38,825 bases of DNA. It comes from Deltaproteobacteria bacterium. GTDB lineage: Bacteria; Myxococcota; JACRCW01. Made by a program: the position numbers and the translations under genes. The stretch covers positions 1 through 38,825 of the forward strand of contig JACRCW010000140.1 of assembly GCA_016218805.1 (NCBI GenBank). Reading direction: 5' to 3'. This document shows positions 30,195-38,825 of this stretch, piece by piece. The notes beneath the pieces are model-generated. The model worked only from the letters and a program-made list of their open reading frames with translations, ran no database searches and was not told the origin of the DNA. Each line of letters opens with the position of its first letter. Within the stretch, counting starts at the first letter, position 1.

Positions 30195-31940
30195 TCAGGG
30201 CGCGCCGTCGGTGCGCAGCACCGGGTAGAGGTTCATGGCGCGGTCAAACGACGGGTGACGACGGTAGAAGAAGTCCAGCCGCGCGGCCGGGTCCTTCGCG
30301 AACACGGGATCATCGACCAGCTTGCGCATGAACTCGTCACGCAGCGCGGGGTCATCCTGCAGCAGCTGCTCCGCCACCTGCTCAGCGACGTAGGGCTCCA
30401 TGTATTCCTTCTGCTCCAGCACCGCGCTGAAGAAGCCCCACGATACGAACGAGTCCGGTGCGCGCGGTTCAAACAGGTGCAACACCATGAGCCCCGCGGG
30501 CTGCGCCACCGGCACATACAGGCTCCCGGCCGCAACGGGCACGCTGGCGTCCTCCCATTCCCCCTTCACCGCCACCGTCTGGCGGCCTTCATACGGAACG
30601 GGGCGGAACACCGGCTCCTTCATCCGGAACTGCCGACACTTCATGGCGGGCCGGGCCGCCGCCACCGTCGTGTAGCGGATGGCGTGGAGGTCCAGCCGTT
30701 CGCGCACCACGCCGGCCCAGCCCGGAGGAACCACGTAACCCCCGCGCGGTGCATCCACTTGCATCTCCGGCACGGGCTCCGGGAAGAACGGCACGGTCCA
30801 CGTCGTCGGGCGGGTCGGGTCGTAGCGCACGCGCACCGCACCGGAGATGGGCGATGGTTCGCGCGTGTACGCGTACCCGGGGAAGGCCATCATGACGGAG
30901 TGCTTGCCGTCTCCCCACGTCAGTGTGACCGGTTCCCCACCCATGCGCTTCATACCGTCATCCGCGTCCGCTGCGGCGCGCCGCAGCGCGGCTCCCTGTT
31001 TCCCGACGAGAAGCAGGAACGCGAGCACCGTGTCATGCGTGGCGCGCACGCGCGTGGCGTAGTCCTTCCATGAGTGCGTCTCCACCAGCACGCCCCACCG
31101 GTGATGCGCGGACCAGTACGCTGACGAGAACCGGGGCGGCGCGACCCCCTGCGCAAAACCGCTGGAGGGATCATCATCCTTCTGGAACGCGGGATAGAAC
31201 GTCAGCGGCTTGTGCCCGTTGGCCTCCAGGCCCTTCACCACGTCATCCAGCAACTGCTTGCCCGCCTGTTTCATGCCGTCCGGCCCCACGTGCACCGGTT
31301 CCATCATCACGGACACGTCCGGCTGGAAGTTGGCACCGTCCGTCACGTGCAGGTCCAGGTAGACCAGCGGGTCCCACGCGTGCAGCAGACGCAGCAGGGC
31401 CTGCGTCTCCGGCGCATCCGCCTTCACGTAATCCCGGTTGAGGTTGAGGTTCCGTGACGACGTGCGCCAGCCCATCTCCTCCGGTCCCACCTGGTTGGGA
31501 CGGTTGTGCGCGCCAAAGCGTTCGTGCCCATCTGCATTGAGCACCGGGACGAACACCGCCACGACCTGGCGCAGCGCGCCCGGAGCCAGCGTCCCCTCCA
31601 GCAGGCCGCGCAGCACCTGGAAGCCCGCGTCCTTCCCGTCAATCTCACCCGCGTGGATGCCGCCCTGGAACAGCACCGCGGGCACGCCCTTCTTCCGCGC
31701 GCTGGCCGCATCCAGCGCCCCGCTCTCTGATGCCACCAGCACCTTGAGCGCGCGGCCCTCCGGCGTGGTGCCAAACGTGGAGCAGCGCGCCTTGCCCGGG
31801 AAGCGCTTCTCAAACGCCGCACACAGGCGTTCCACCTCGTCGTAGCGGCCCGTCTTCTTCCATCGCGTCTGTTCCGCCGTCGTGGCGAGGGGTTCGGGCC
31901 CCGCGGCAAGGACCGCGGCGGCAAGCAGGGGGAGGAGCAT
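30195..31940 (-). CDS. M14-family zinc carboxypeptidase, exported
   Basis: GTTPEGR, GGIHAGE (HxxE), NADGHE, NLNRD, DLHVTDG; signal peptide. Confidence 0.9.
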   Translation of the reverse strand: MLLPLLAAAVLAAGPEPLATTAEQTRWKKTGRYDEVERLCAAFEKRFPGKARCSTFGTTPEGRALKVLVASESGALDAASARKKGVPAVLFQGGIHAGEIDGKDAGFQVLRGLLEGTLAPGALRQVVAVFVPVLNADGHERFGAHNRPNQVGPEEMGWRTSSRNLNLNRDYVKADAPETQALLRLLHAWDPLVYLDLHVTDGANFQPDVSVMMEPVHVGPDGMKQAGKQLLDDVVKGLEANGHKPLTFYPAFQKDDDPSSGFAQGVAPPRFSSAYWSAHHRWGVLVETHSWKDYATRVRATHDTVLAFLLLVGKQGAALRRAAADADDGMKRMGGEPVTLTWGDGKHSVMMAFPGYAYTREPSPISGAVRVRYDPTRPTTWTVPFFPEPVPEMQVDAPRGGYVVPPGWAGVVRERLDLHAIRYTTVAAARPAMKCRQFRMKEPVFRPVPYEGRQTVAVKGEWEDASVPVAAGSLYVPVAQPAGLMVLHLFEPRAPDSFVSWGFFSAVLEQKEYMEPYVAEQVAEQLLQDDPALRDEFMRKLVDDPVFAKDPAARLDFFYRRHPSFDRAMNLYPVLRTDGAP

Positions 31941-32018
31941 GGGCGCAGGCTAGCGGCCAGGCGGGGGGGACCTTCAAGCGGTTGTCGCCCACGCGGCGTC
32001 GTGGGATCCACGTGGGCC

Positions 32019-32951
32019 ATGCCTGCCCCGGTCAACCAGCACCTGCGCATCTTCACCGCAACGCGCGCGGATGAGGTGCCCCCGGGCATCACGCGCTACA
32101 TCGCCGTGGACGGGACCGTGCCCGGGTTTGCGCTCCGTTACGACCACCACGTCACCGGCGAAGCCATCAACCTGGACGCCCTGCCACCCATCGTCGACGG
32201 GACGGGTTACGACGGCCTGTGCACCACGCAGGCCGATGCGGACGCGATGGCCTCCATGGTGGCGGTGTTGCTGGGAGGAAAAACGCGCGTGCCCGCCCCC
32301 GCGCTGGCCGTGCTGGAGAGCGCGTCTCACTGGTGTGATCACCTGCTCCCGCACGCGGCGCATGACGCGGACATCAACCGCGCGGGCCGGGGTCTGTTGC
32401 GCGCGTTCCAGGTGGCCCTGGGAGACCACCGCACGCCGGACACCTCCGCGCCCATGCACGCGTTCTGTCACGACGTGGCGGCGCGCATCCTGGCGGGTGC
32501 CGCCCTGCCCTCCGCGCCCGAGGACGAGCAATCCCTGGCGCGGGCGCGCGCCGTGCTCTCCGCCGGGCGCGTGTCCATGCACGGCCGCGTGGCACTGGTG
32601 GACCTGCGCGGCACGGAGCGGCTGTCCACGGAGGCCATCTACCGCGCGCACGGCGGCCACGTGGGCGTGGTCTACGGCGACCACGAGCACGGCGGGCTGC
32701 GCTACACGGTGGGCATCAACCCGTTTGTCGACGGAGCACCGCGGGATGTGCGACCCGCGTTGCACGCGATTGCCGCAGCGGAGTTCCGGCATGGTCCACC
32801 GGTGCGCGCACCCGAGGCGGTGCCGGGCAACGAGAACTGGGGCGGGCGGGCGGTGGTGTTCGGCTCACCGTTCAACCACGGGTCACGGCTGACACCGTTG
32901 GAGGTGGTGGCGCTGGTGCTGGAGGCGCTGCCGGAACTGCGCGGAGGTTGA
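32019..32951 (+). CDS. Hypothetical protein with DHH-phosphoesterase-like motifs
   Basis: AVDG, YDHH, DADA and C-terminal WGGR..FGSP..SRL; GC3-biased codons. Confidence 0.65.
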   Translation: MPAPVNQHLRIFTATRADEVPPGITRYIAVDGTVPGFALRYDHHVTGEAINLDALPPIVDGTGYDGLCTTQADADAMASMVAVLLGGKTRVPAPALAVLESASHWCDHLLPHAAHDADINRAGRGLLRAFQVALGDHRTPDTSAPMHAFCHDVAARILAGAALPSAPEDEQSLARARAVLSAGRVSMHGRVALVDLRGTERLSTEAIYRAHGGHVGVVYGDHEHGGLRYTVGINPFVDGAPRDVRPALHAIAAAEFRHGPPVRAPEAVPGNENWGGRAVVFGSPFNHGSRLTPLEVVALVLEALPELRGG

Positions 32952-32955
32952 TGCG

Positions 32956-33723
32956 ATGCAGGAGCTTGTGGTCCTGGGGCTGGGCCAGCTGGGTGAGTTG
33001 TTCGCAGTGGCCGCGCTGCGCCACGGCATGCGCGTGTCACCGGTGCGCCGCACGTCGCCGCGGCCGCTGCCGTGGAATGCGTGGGCTCGCGGTGCGCCCA
33101 TCCTCGTCGCTGTGGCGGAGGATGCGCTCGCGCCCTCTGTTGCGGAGCTGCCGCCGGAGCGCCTGGCCGACGTGATCCTCCTGCAGAACGAGCTGTTCCC
33201 GTCCACGTGGCGGACGCTGGAACTGCGCACTCCGACGATCATGGTGCCGTGGTTCAACCGCAAGAATGACCAGCCGGTGCAGGTGGGCCCACCGACACGT
33301 GTCCGCGGACCGCACGCTGCGCTGGTGCGTGATCTCCACGCGGCCCTGCGCCTCCCGTGCGAGCTGCTCTCCGACGACACCGCGCTGGCCGCCGCGCTGG
33401 CGGGAAAGTACGCGTTCATTGTCACCGTCAACGCGTTGGGCCTCAAGGAGGACCGCACAGTGAGTGCGTGGTGGCGCGCGGACCCCGCGTTGGTGGACGC
33501 GCTGTTGCGTGAATCCGCCGCGCTCGCGGCGCTGCTCGTTGATGCAGCGGTGGCGGACCGCGCGTATCACCTGGCGCGGGACGGCGTGGAACTGCACCAG
33601 GCGCTGTCCGCGCGCGGGCGCAGTTCGCGCGCGCGGGTGCAGCGCGCGCTGGCACGGGCGCACTCGCGCGGGATGCGGTTGACCGCGCTGGAACTGCTGC
33701 TGCCGGAGGTGACCGCGGATTGA
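32956..33723 (+). CDS. Rossmann-fold protein, ketopantoate-reductase-like
   Basis: VVLGLGQLG, LLQNEL, KYAFIVTVNALG; 4 bp after the preceding gene. Confidence 0.65.
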   Translation: MQELVVLGLGQLGELFAVAALRHGMRVSPVRRTSPRPLPWNAWARGAPILVAVAEDALAPSVAELPPERLADVILLQNELFPSTWRTLELRTPTIMVPWFNRKNDQPVQVGPPTRVRGPHAALVRDLHAALRLPCELLSDDTALAAALAGKYAFIVTVNALGLKEDRTVSAWWRADPALVDALLRESAALAALLVDAAVADRAYHLARDGVELHQALSARGRSSRARVQRALARAHSRGMRLTALELLLPEVTAD

Positions 33724-33728
33724 CGTTG

Positions 33729-36700
33729 TCACCCGCCGGGGGCCACGCATTCGCACAGGCTGGCCTGGCAGATACCCGCGGTGTCACAGCCGCCGCAGTC
33801 CGGCTTGCAGGTGCACGCGCACAGGGACAGGTCAGCGTGGTGGGTGGGCGGGCAGTCCAGGCCACGCGCGTCGCACATGCAGTCACACGCGGCCGCGTTC
33901 CACGCGTACCCCGCGCTGCACGTGAGCGCCTGCGTGCACGAACACGCGCACGCCGACAGATCACAGATGGACAGACCGGGGCACTGGCTGCACGCCTGGC
34001 ACGGTCCGGGCGGCGGGTCTGCGTCCGGCGTGAGGTCCACCCAGTAGCGGTAGGACACGGCCACGCGCTTGCCGGGCTGGTTGGGATCGGGTCGGCAGTT
34101 GCCAAAGAACAGCAGGTTGCGCGTGCGTGAGTCGTAGTCAAATCCGCTGTCGCGGGAGCGCGGCACGTCCACCCAGTTGCACGGCCCCACCGTGCTGGAC
34201 GGGTCCATGGCCACCTTGATTGTCGACGACACGGCGGCGCGGCTCAGCTGGTAGGGGCTCACGTTGGCCAGCGCCGCGTCAAGGATGGCGTTGACCGTGG
34301 GTGCAATGGACGCGAGGTTCTTGAGGCTGCCCTGCACGCCGCCGAACCGGTTGAGGAACCCGGTGACGACGTGGGGCGTGCGCTGCGCCTCGCCGCAGCT
34401 GCCATCCGGGCAGGTGATGCCGCCCACCGTCAACGACGAGACTGGCAGCGCGCGGAAGAACGTCTCATACGCGGTGATGCCCGCCGCGGCGCCGGCGTTG
34501 TCGTAGTACTGGTCATCCGCGTCACCCAGGATGATGAGCACCAGGTTGGCGCCCTGCCGCAGCCGCAACGGGTTCTCCGTCGTCACGGGGGGCATGAACG
34601 TGGCAGTGCCCTGGGCCGGGTCTGACAGGATCAGCTGCGCGGAGCGGATGACCTCCTCGCGCGCCTGGTTGCAGTGGCCACCCGCGCCCACCCAGGACGC
34701 CTGGCCCCGCGTGAACCAGGCGCTGAACCGGTCCATGTCGCGCGTCCACTCACGGCACTGGTGCTCCGTGGTGTCACCGCAGGACTGGTTGGTGCACGCC
34801 GGGGTGTCCGCCGTGCCGCGCGGGTTGTAAAAGCCGCTGTCCACCACGGCGGTGCGCCAGTCCACCGTGGCCCCGTCCAGCTTCTGCCGCATGGCCTGTG
34901 CGCCCGCCGCCACCGCGCCCTGCTCGTCACTCATGGACGCCGAGTTGTCCACGGCCCACAGGATTTCCAGCGCGGCGTAGGCGCTGGTGGTGAACCGGTC
35001 ACACTGCACGCCCAGCGCGTCCGCGTACTGTCCCAGCGCGGAACCATCCGCCAGGTCCGCCGCCGCAAACCGCCCCGTGCCCGTCAGCCGGTCCTGCGGG
35101 ATGAACGCCAGCACGGTGACCGCCGTCTGGGCGCTGCGCCGCACGTACTCCGCCTCAACGTGAAGACCGTTGGACCCGGCGGTGATGTCCCCCAGCGCGG
35201 AGAGTTGGCCGTCCGCGCCCGGCAGCAGCGCGGCCAGCACGGCGTTGACGCGCGCCTTCACGCCCACCGCGCCCGCCATCTCGTACGTGGCGTGGACGGC
35301 GGGGTAGCCGTCCCACGTGGTGAACTCATACGTGATGGGCGTGCTGATGGCGCCAATCCCGTTGAGCGTGTTGCGGACGGCGGTCTCATCCGCGTCCGGG
35401 GCCCCGCCGCCCGGCGCGCGGTTGACCACGAGGTACGCCACGCCCGCCACCGGGTTGAAGCCCAGCTGCCCGGCGGGTGTGCGCGCGCCTCCGGCCCCCG
35501 GCACCGTCACCGTGGATTGCTCCACGAATGCATCATTGCCGCGTACCGCCGTCACCACCTGCAGGTCGGGTTCGCCGTTGTACTCGCGGTCCACGGACAC
35601 CAGCTTCTCCAGGGCGCAGGCCTCCTTGGTGGTGGCCTCGGCCTGCCCGTCCGCAGCCAGGGCCGGGTTGAGTTCACCCGGATCCACGCGCCCGTTGTGG
35701 TTGCTGTCCTCCGCGCCATCCGGCACGCCGTCCCCGTCGGAGTCTGACTGGACGGGCTGCGTGGTGCTTCCCGGGTCGGCGTCAGCCACAAACGACGTAC
35801 AGCTGGGATCCGGCGCCACGGTCACGCCCGCTTCCAGCCCGTCGGGAAGGCCGTCTCCGTCGCTGTCCGGGTTGCGCGGCGCGGTTCCCACGTCCTGCTC
35901 ACCGCGGAACGCCCCAAACGCCACCCCGTCCACCAGCCCGTCGCAGTCGGTGTCCACGCGCGCGGGGTCGGTCTCGTTGGCGTCCACAAACCCGTCCGCG
36001 TCCGCGTCCTCCCCCGCGCTGCAGGTGCCCGCCACGGTGGACGGGCCGTCGCACAGGCCATCGCCGTCGGCATCCGGGTCGGTGGGCGCCGCGTCCACCG
36101 GGTCGGGCAGCCCGTCGTGGTCCTGGTCGCTCCCGCCAATGGCCGGCGTCGGGTCACCCCCGGTGCACACGCCCGTGATCGTCGTGGGCCCGTCGCACTG
36201 GCCGTCGCCGTCGCTGTCGGGGTTGCGCGGGTCCGTCTCCACGGTGCGGGCGTAGGAACCGTCGTGGTTGGCGTCCTCCGCCCCGTCGGTAAGTCCGTCC
36301 CCGTCGGTGTCCGCGCGGGTGGGGTCCGTGGCCGTGCCGGGGTCCGCATCCGCGGTGAACCGTCCCGCGCAGCGCGTGTCCACGCTGCTGGTGCGCCCCA
36401 CCTCCACGCCGTCCGGCACGCCGTCATCGTCGGTGTCCGCATCTCCCGGGTCCGTGCGCGCGCCACCCGGCCACACCGTGCCGTACTCGTCGGCGTCGGA
36501 CAGCCCATCGCAATCGGAATCGCGCGTGGCGTTGTCAGTGCGGCCGGGGTCCGGGCGGTCCACCACCGTGCCCGCGTCGGTACCGCTGCTGCCGCTGCTG
36601 CTCCCGCCGCTGCTGCTGCTGGCGGTGCTGCTGCCGCCGTCGTCGTCAGCGCTTTCGCCCGGCGTGCTGGGCCGGGGGCAGGCCGCAAGGACCAGGGCAA

Positions 36701-36737
36701 CAAGCAGGACGGAGGGGTTCCGCAGGCGCAGGCGCAT
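33729..36737 (-). CDS. cglD: CglD-like adventurous gliding lipoprotein (TSP3-like Ca-binding repeats, VWA domain, Cys-rich tail)
   Basis: Lipobox LAA-C; many D(S/T)D(C/G)DG(L/V)xDGxE repeats; VWA with MIDAS DNSASM and GDADDQ; FFGNCRP..SYRYW; C-terminal CxCxC repeats. Confidence 0.8.
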   Translation of the reverse strand: MRLRLRNPSVLLVALVLAACPRPSTPGESADDDGGSSTASSSSGGSSSGSSGTDAGTVVDRPDPGRTDNATRDSDCDGLSDADEYGTVWPGGARTDPGDADTDDDGVPDGVEVGRTSSVDTRCAGRFTADADPGTATDPTRADTDGDGLTDGAEDANHDGSYARTVETDPRNPDSDGDGQCDGPTTITGVCTGGDPTPAIGGSDQDHDGLPDPVDAAPTDPDADGDGLCDGPSTVAGTCSAGEDADADGFVDANETDPARVDTDCDGLVDGVAFGAFRGEQDVGTAPRNPDSDGDGLPDGLEAGVTVAPDPSCTSFVADADPGSTTQPVQSDSDGDGVPDGAEDSNHNGRVDPGELNPALAADGQAEATTKEACALEKLVSVDREYNGEPDLQVVTAVRGNDAFVEQSTVTVPGAGGARTPAGQLGFNPVAGVAYLVVNRAPGGGAPDADETAVRNTLNGIGAISTPITYEFTTWDGYPAVHATYEMAGAVGVKARVNAVLAALLPGADGQLSALGDITAGSNGLHVEAEYVRRSAQTAVTVLAFIPQDRLTGTGRFAAADLADGSALGQYADALGVQCDRFTTSAYAALEILWAVDNSASMSDEQGAVAAGAQAMRQKLDGATVDWRTAVVDSGFYNPRGTADTPACTNQSCGDTTEHQCREWTRDMDRFSAWFTRGQASWVGAGGHCNQAREEVIRSAQLILSDPAQGTATFMPPVTTENPLRLRQGANLVLIILGDADDQYYDNAGAAAGITAYETFFRALPVSSLTVGGITCPDGSCGEAQRTPHVVTGFLNRFGGVQGSLKNLASIAPTVNAILDAALANVSPYQLSRAAVSSTIKVAMDPSSTVGPCNWVDVPRSRDSGFDYDSRTRNLLFFGNCRPDPNQPGKRVAVSYRYWVDLTPDADPPPGPCQACSQCPGLSICDLSACACSCTQALTCSAGYAWNAAACDCMCDARGLDCPPTHHADLSLCACTCKPDCGGCDTAGICQASLCECVAPGG

Positions 36738-36810
36738 GGCGGAACGGTATCCCACCCGCAGCGGCGTGGCGCCCTCGCTGTGTCCGCCGATCGGCCGATG
36801 CTGCCGCCCG

Positions 36811-37707
36811 TCAGGGATGGGCCGCCAGCGTCACGGGGACCACCCGGACCTCGCCGCCGCGGAGCAGGCGGACGTCAACAGGGCGGTCAATCATGTCGTC
36901 GGAGAGCAGCGCCCGCAGCTCCTCCAGTGATTGCACGCCGTCACTGCCAATGGAGACGACGATGTCTCCGACGAGAATCCCCGCGCGCTCCGCCGGGCTG
37001 TCCGGCTCCACGCCCGTCACCAGCAGGCCCAGGTCATGTCCCTTGAGCGGCTCCGGCACGCGCTTGAGCGGCACGGGCTGCATGGCAATGCCCAGGAATG
37101 CCGTGCGCACCTTCCCGTGCGCGGTCAGCATGGCCACCACGCGGTCCACCGCCACGACGGGGATCACCACCCCGGTGCCGCGCAACAGGCCGCCCGTCTG
37201 GATCCCCAGCACGCGCCCGTCCGCCGCCACCAACGGCGCGCCGGAGAACCCGCGCGCGGGTCCGGCGTCCGTCTCCAGGTACGCCTCCACGCGCCGCCCG
37301 CCCGGTGTGCGCCACTCCGGCCCCAGCGCGCTCACCATGCCCAGGCGCGCGCGCAGGCTCTTTCCCGGACGTCCCACCAGCACCGCCAGGTGCCCCACGC
37401 GCACGCCGTCCAGCGGTCCCTTGTTGGCTGCCGGCAGCGGCGCCCCCGCCGCCCGAAGCACCGCCAGGTCCATCCCGGGGTCCGCGCCCACCACCGTCGC
37501 AGTGCGGCGCTCGCCCGACGGCAGCACCACCTCCGGCGCGTCCTGCTCCACCGCGTGCGCCGCCGTCACCACCAGCCCGTCCGCGGTCCACGCCACGCCC
37601 GTGGCGCCGCCGCCACACCGCCCCTCCACCCGCACCACCGACGACGCTGCGCCGGCCACCAAGTCCGCCCACCCGTTGGACTGTTCCCACAAGCTCTGCG
37701 TTGCCAT
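36811..37707 (-). CDS. S1C (HtrA-like) serine protease with PDZ domain
   Basis: VTAAHAV, DLAVL, GFSGAPL triad; PDZ FLGI..VEPDSPAERAGILVGDIVVSI; AAGGAG RBS. Confidence 0.9.
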   Translation of the reverse strand: MATQSLWEQSNGWADLVAGAASSVVRVEGRCGGGATGVAWTADGLVVTAAHAVEQDAPEVVLPSGERRTATVVGADPGMDLAVLRAAGAPLPAANKGPLDGVRVGHLAVLVGRPGKSLRARLGMVSALGPEWRTPGGRRVEAYLETDAGPARGFSGAPLVAADGRVLGIQTGGLLRGTGVVIPVVAVDRVVAMLTAHGKVRTAFLGIAMQPVPLKRVPEPLKGHDLGLLVTGVEPDSPAERAGILVGDIVVSIGSDGVQSLEELRALLSDDMIDRPVDVRLLRGGEVRVVPVTLAAHP

Positions 37708-37788
37708 GTTGTCCGCTCCTTCCCGCTGGTCCGACCGACACGCTACGGATCCCACCCGCGGGCCACACCGCCCGTTGAGCCAGGCCCA

Positions 37789-37806
37789 CCTGTCCACTTG
37801 GGCAGG
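37789..37806. promoter_or_regulatory. Palindromic operator-like site between divergent protease and Nif3 genes
   Basis: CCTGTCCA-CT-TGGGCAGG inverted repeat with one mismatch. Confidence 0.45.
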
Positions 37807-37828
37807 CCGCACCGCCCGGGAGGACGGC

Positions 37829-38611
37829 ATGAAAGTGCAGCAGTTGGTGGAGGCGGCGGAACGGCTGGCCCCGGCGCGGGATGCGGAGGGCTGGGACAAC
37901 GTGGGGCTGCTCGTCGGGGACCCGGAGCAGGAGATCCACCGCGCCTTGCTGTGCATTGACCACACGCCCGCCGTGGGCGCGGAGGCCGTGGCGGCGGGGT
38001 GTGACGTCATCGTCGCCTACCACCCGCCGCTGTTCGTCGCGGTGAAGCGGGTGACGGCCCCCGCCGTCTGGTTCCACGCCGCGCGCCAGGGCATCGCCGT
38101 GTACAGCTTCCACACCGCCCTGGACGTGGCGGAGGGCGGCACCAACGACGTGCTGGCGGACCTGCTGGGCCTGCGCAACCGCGCCCCGCTGCGGCGTTTG
38201 AAGGACGCCGTCCGCCCGGATGACCCGCGCGGCATGGGACGCGTGGGCAGTGTGGATGAGGTGGACGCCCGGGCGTTCGCGGCGGTGGTGAAGCAGCGGT
38301 TGGGGCTCACGCGGCTGCTGGTCACCGGACCGCTGGACCGCACCGTGCGCCGCGTGGCCGTGTGCGCCGGCAGCTGCGGCGAGTTCCTGACGGACGTGCT
38401 GCACAGCGGCGTGGACCTGATGGTCACCGGTGAGCTGCATCACCACGACGCGCTGCGCGCTTCTGTGGCCGGCCTCACCGTGTTGTGTACGCTGCACTCC
38501 CACAGTGAACGCCCGTCCCTGGCCCCGCTGGCCCGCCGCCTGGCCGCGGAGGTGCCCGGCGTGGAGTTCCGGCTGTCCACCGCTGACCGCGAACCCTTTG
38601 ATTTCCTTTGA
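37829..38611 (+). CDS. Nif3-like dinuclear metal centre protein (DUF34)
   Basis: WDNVGLLVGD, YHPPLF, HTALD..GGTND, VAVCAGS, TGELHHH, HSHSE; GGAGG RBS. Confidence 0.92.
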   Translation: MKVQQLVEAAERLAPARDAEGWDNVGLLVGDPEQEIHRALLCIDHTPAVGAEAVAAGCDVIVAYHPPLFVAVKRVTAPAVWFHAARQGIAVYSFHTALDVAEGGTNDVLADLLGLRNRAPLRRLKDAVRPDDPRGMGRVGSVDEVDARAFAAVVKQRLGLTRLLVTGPLDRTVRRVAVCAGSCGEFLTDVLHSGVDLMVTGELHHHDALRASVAGLTVLCTLHSHSERPSLAPLARRLAAEVPGVEFRLSTADREPFDFL

Positions 38612-38825
38612 CACCCGACGCAGCTCACCGTCCCACCTTGTCGCCAGGGAAGATCCGTCACCGGGTGTGATGCGAGATGGTTGCAGACCGCTGGGATCGA
38701 CAATGCCGCTGCGGCCAGGTAGCACGCCAGCGCGGTGTGGCCCGGCCGCCCCCGGCCGGGACGCCAGCGGGACATCCGTGACGTCGCCATGCACCGGCAC
38801 AGCCGGGGCGGCTGTGCCACACCAC

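Noticed and set aside
38612..38825. Gene fragment at the right edge
   Set aside because: None of the frames I read gives a recognisable or clearly codon-biased product.

Overview
Very GC-rich chromosomal window with gene content typical of Myxococcota (CglD-like gliding lipoprotein, FHA-GAF sigma-54 activator, Hanks kinase, DUF4388 protein, Cys-rich lipoproteins). About 32 genes are supported. They include nucleotide salvage and one-carbon genes (tmk, tdk-upp-hpt, folD), a VapBC-type toxin-antitoxin pair, envelope and secreted proteins, peptidases and a benzoate-CoA-ligase-family enzyme. I saw no rRNA, tRNA, CRISPR-Cas, transposase or phage genes. The most unusual locus is 2169-4802. It encodes a lipoprotein in which a 33-triplet collagen-like stalk and a beta-sandwich neck carry an eight-heme hydroxylamine-oxidoreductase (HAO)-family head. 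It is preceded by a candidate sigma-54 promoter and a non-coding array with a GGCCCGGAA core phased every 21-22 bp. It also lies downstream of a same-strand string of FHA-EBP, membrane protein, Ser/Thr kinase and tmk. All calls come from reading motifs by eye; no searches were run. Most long ORFs in the supplied track are antisense or alternative-frame shadows.
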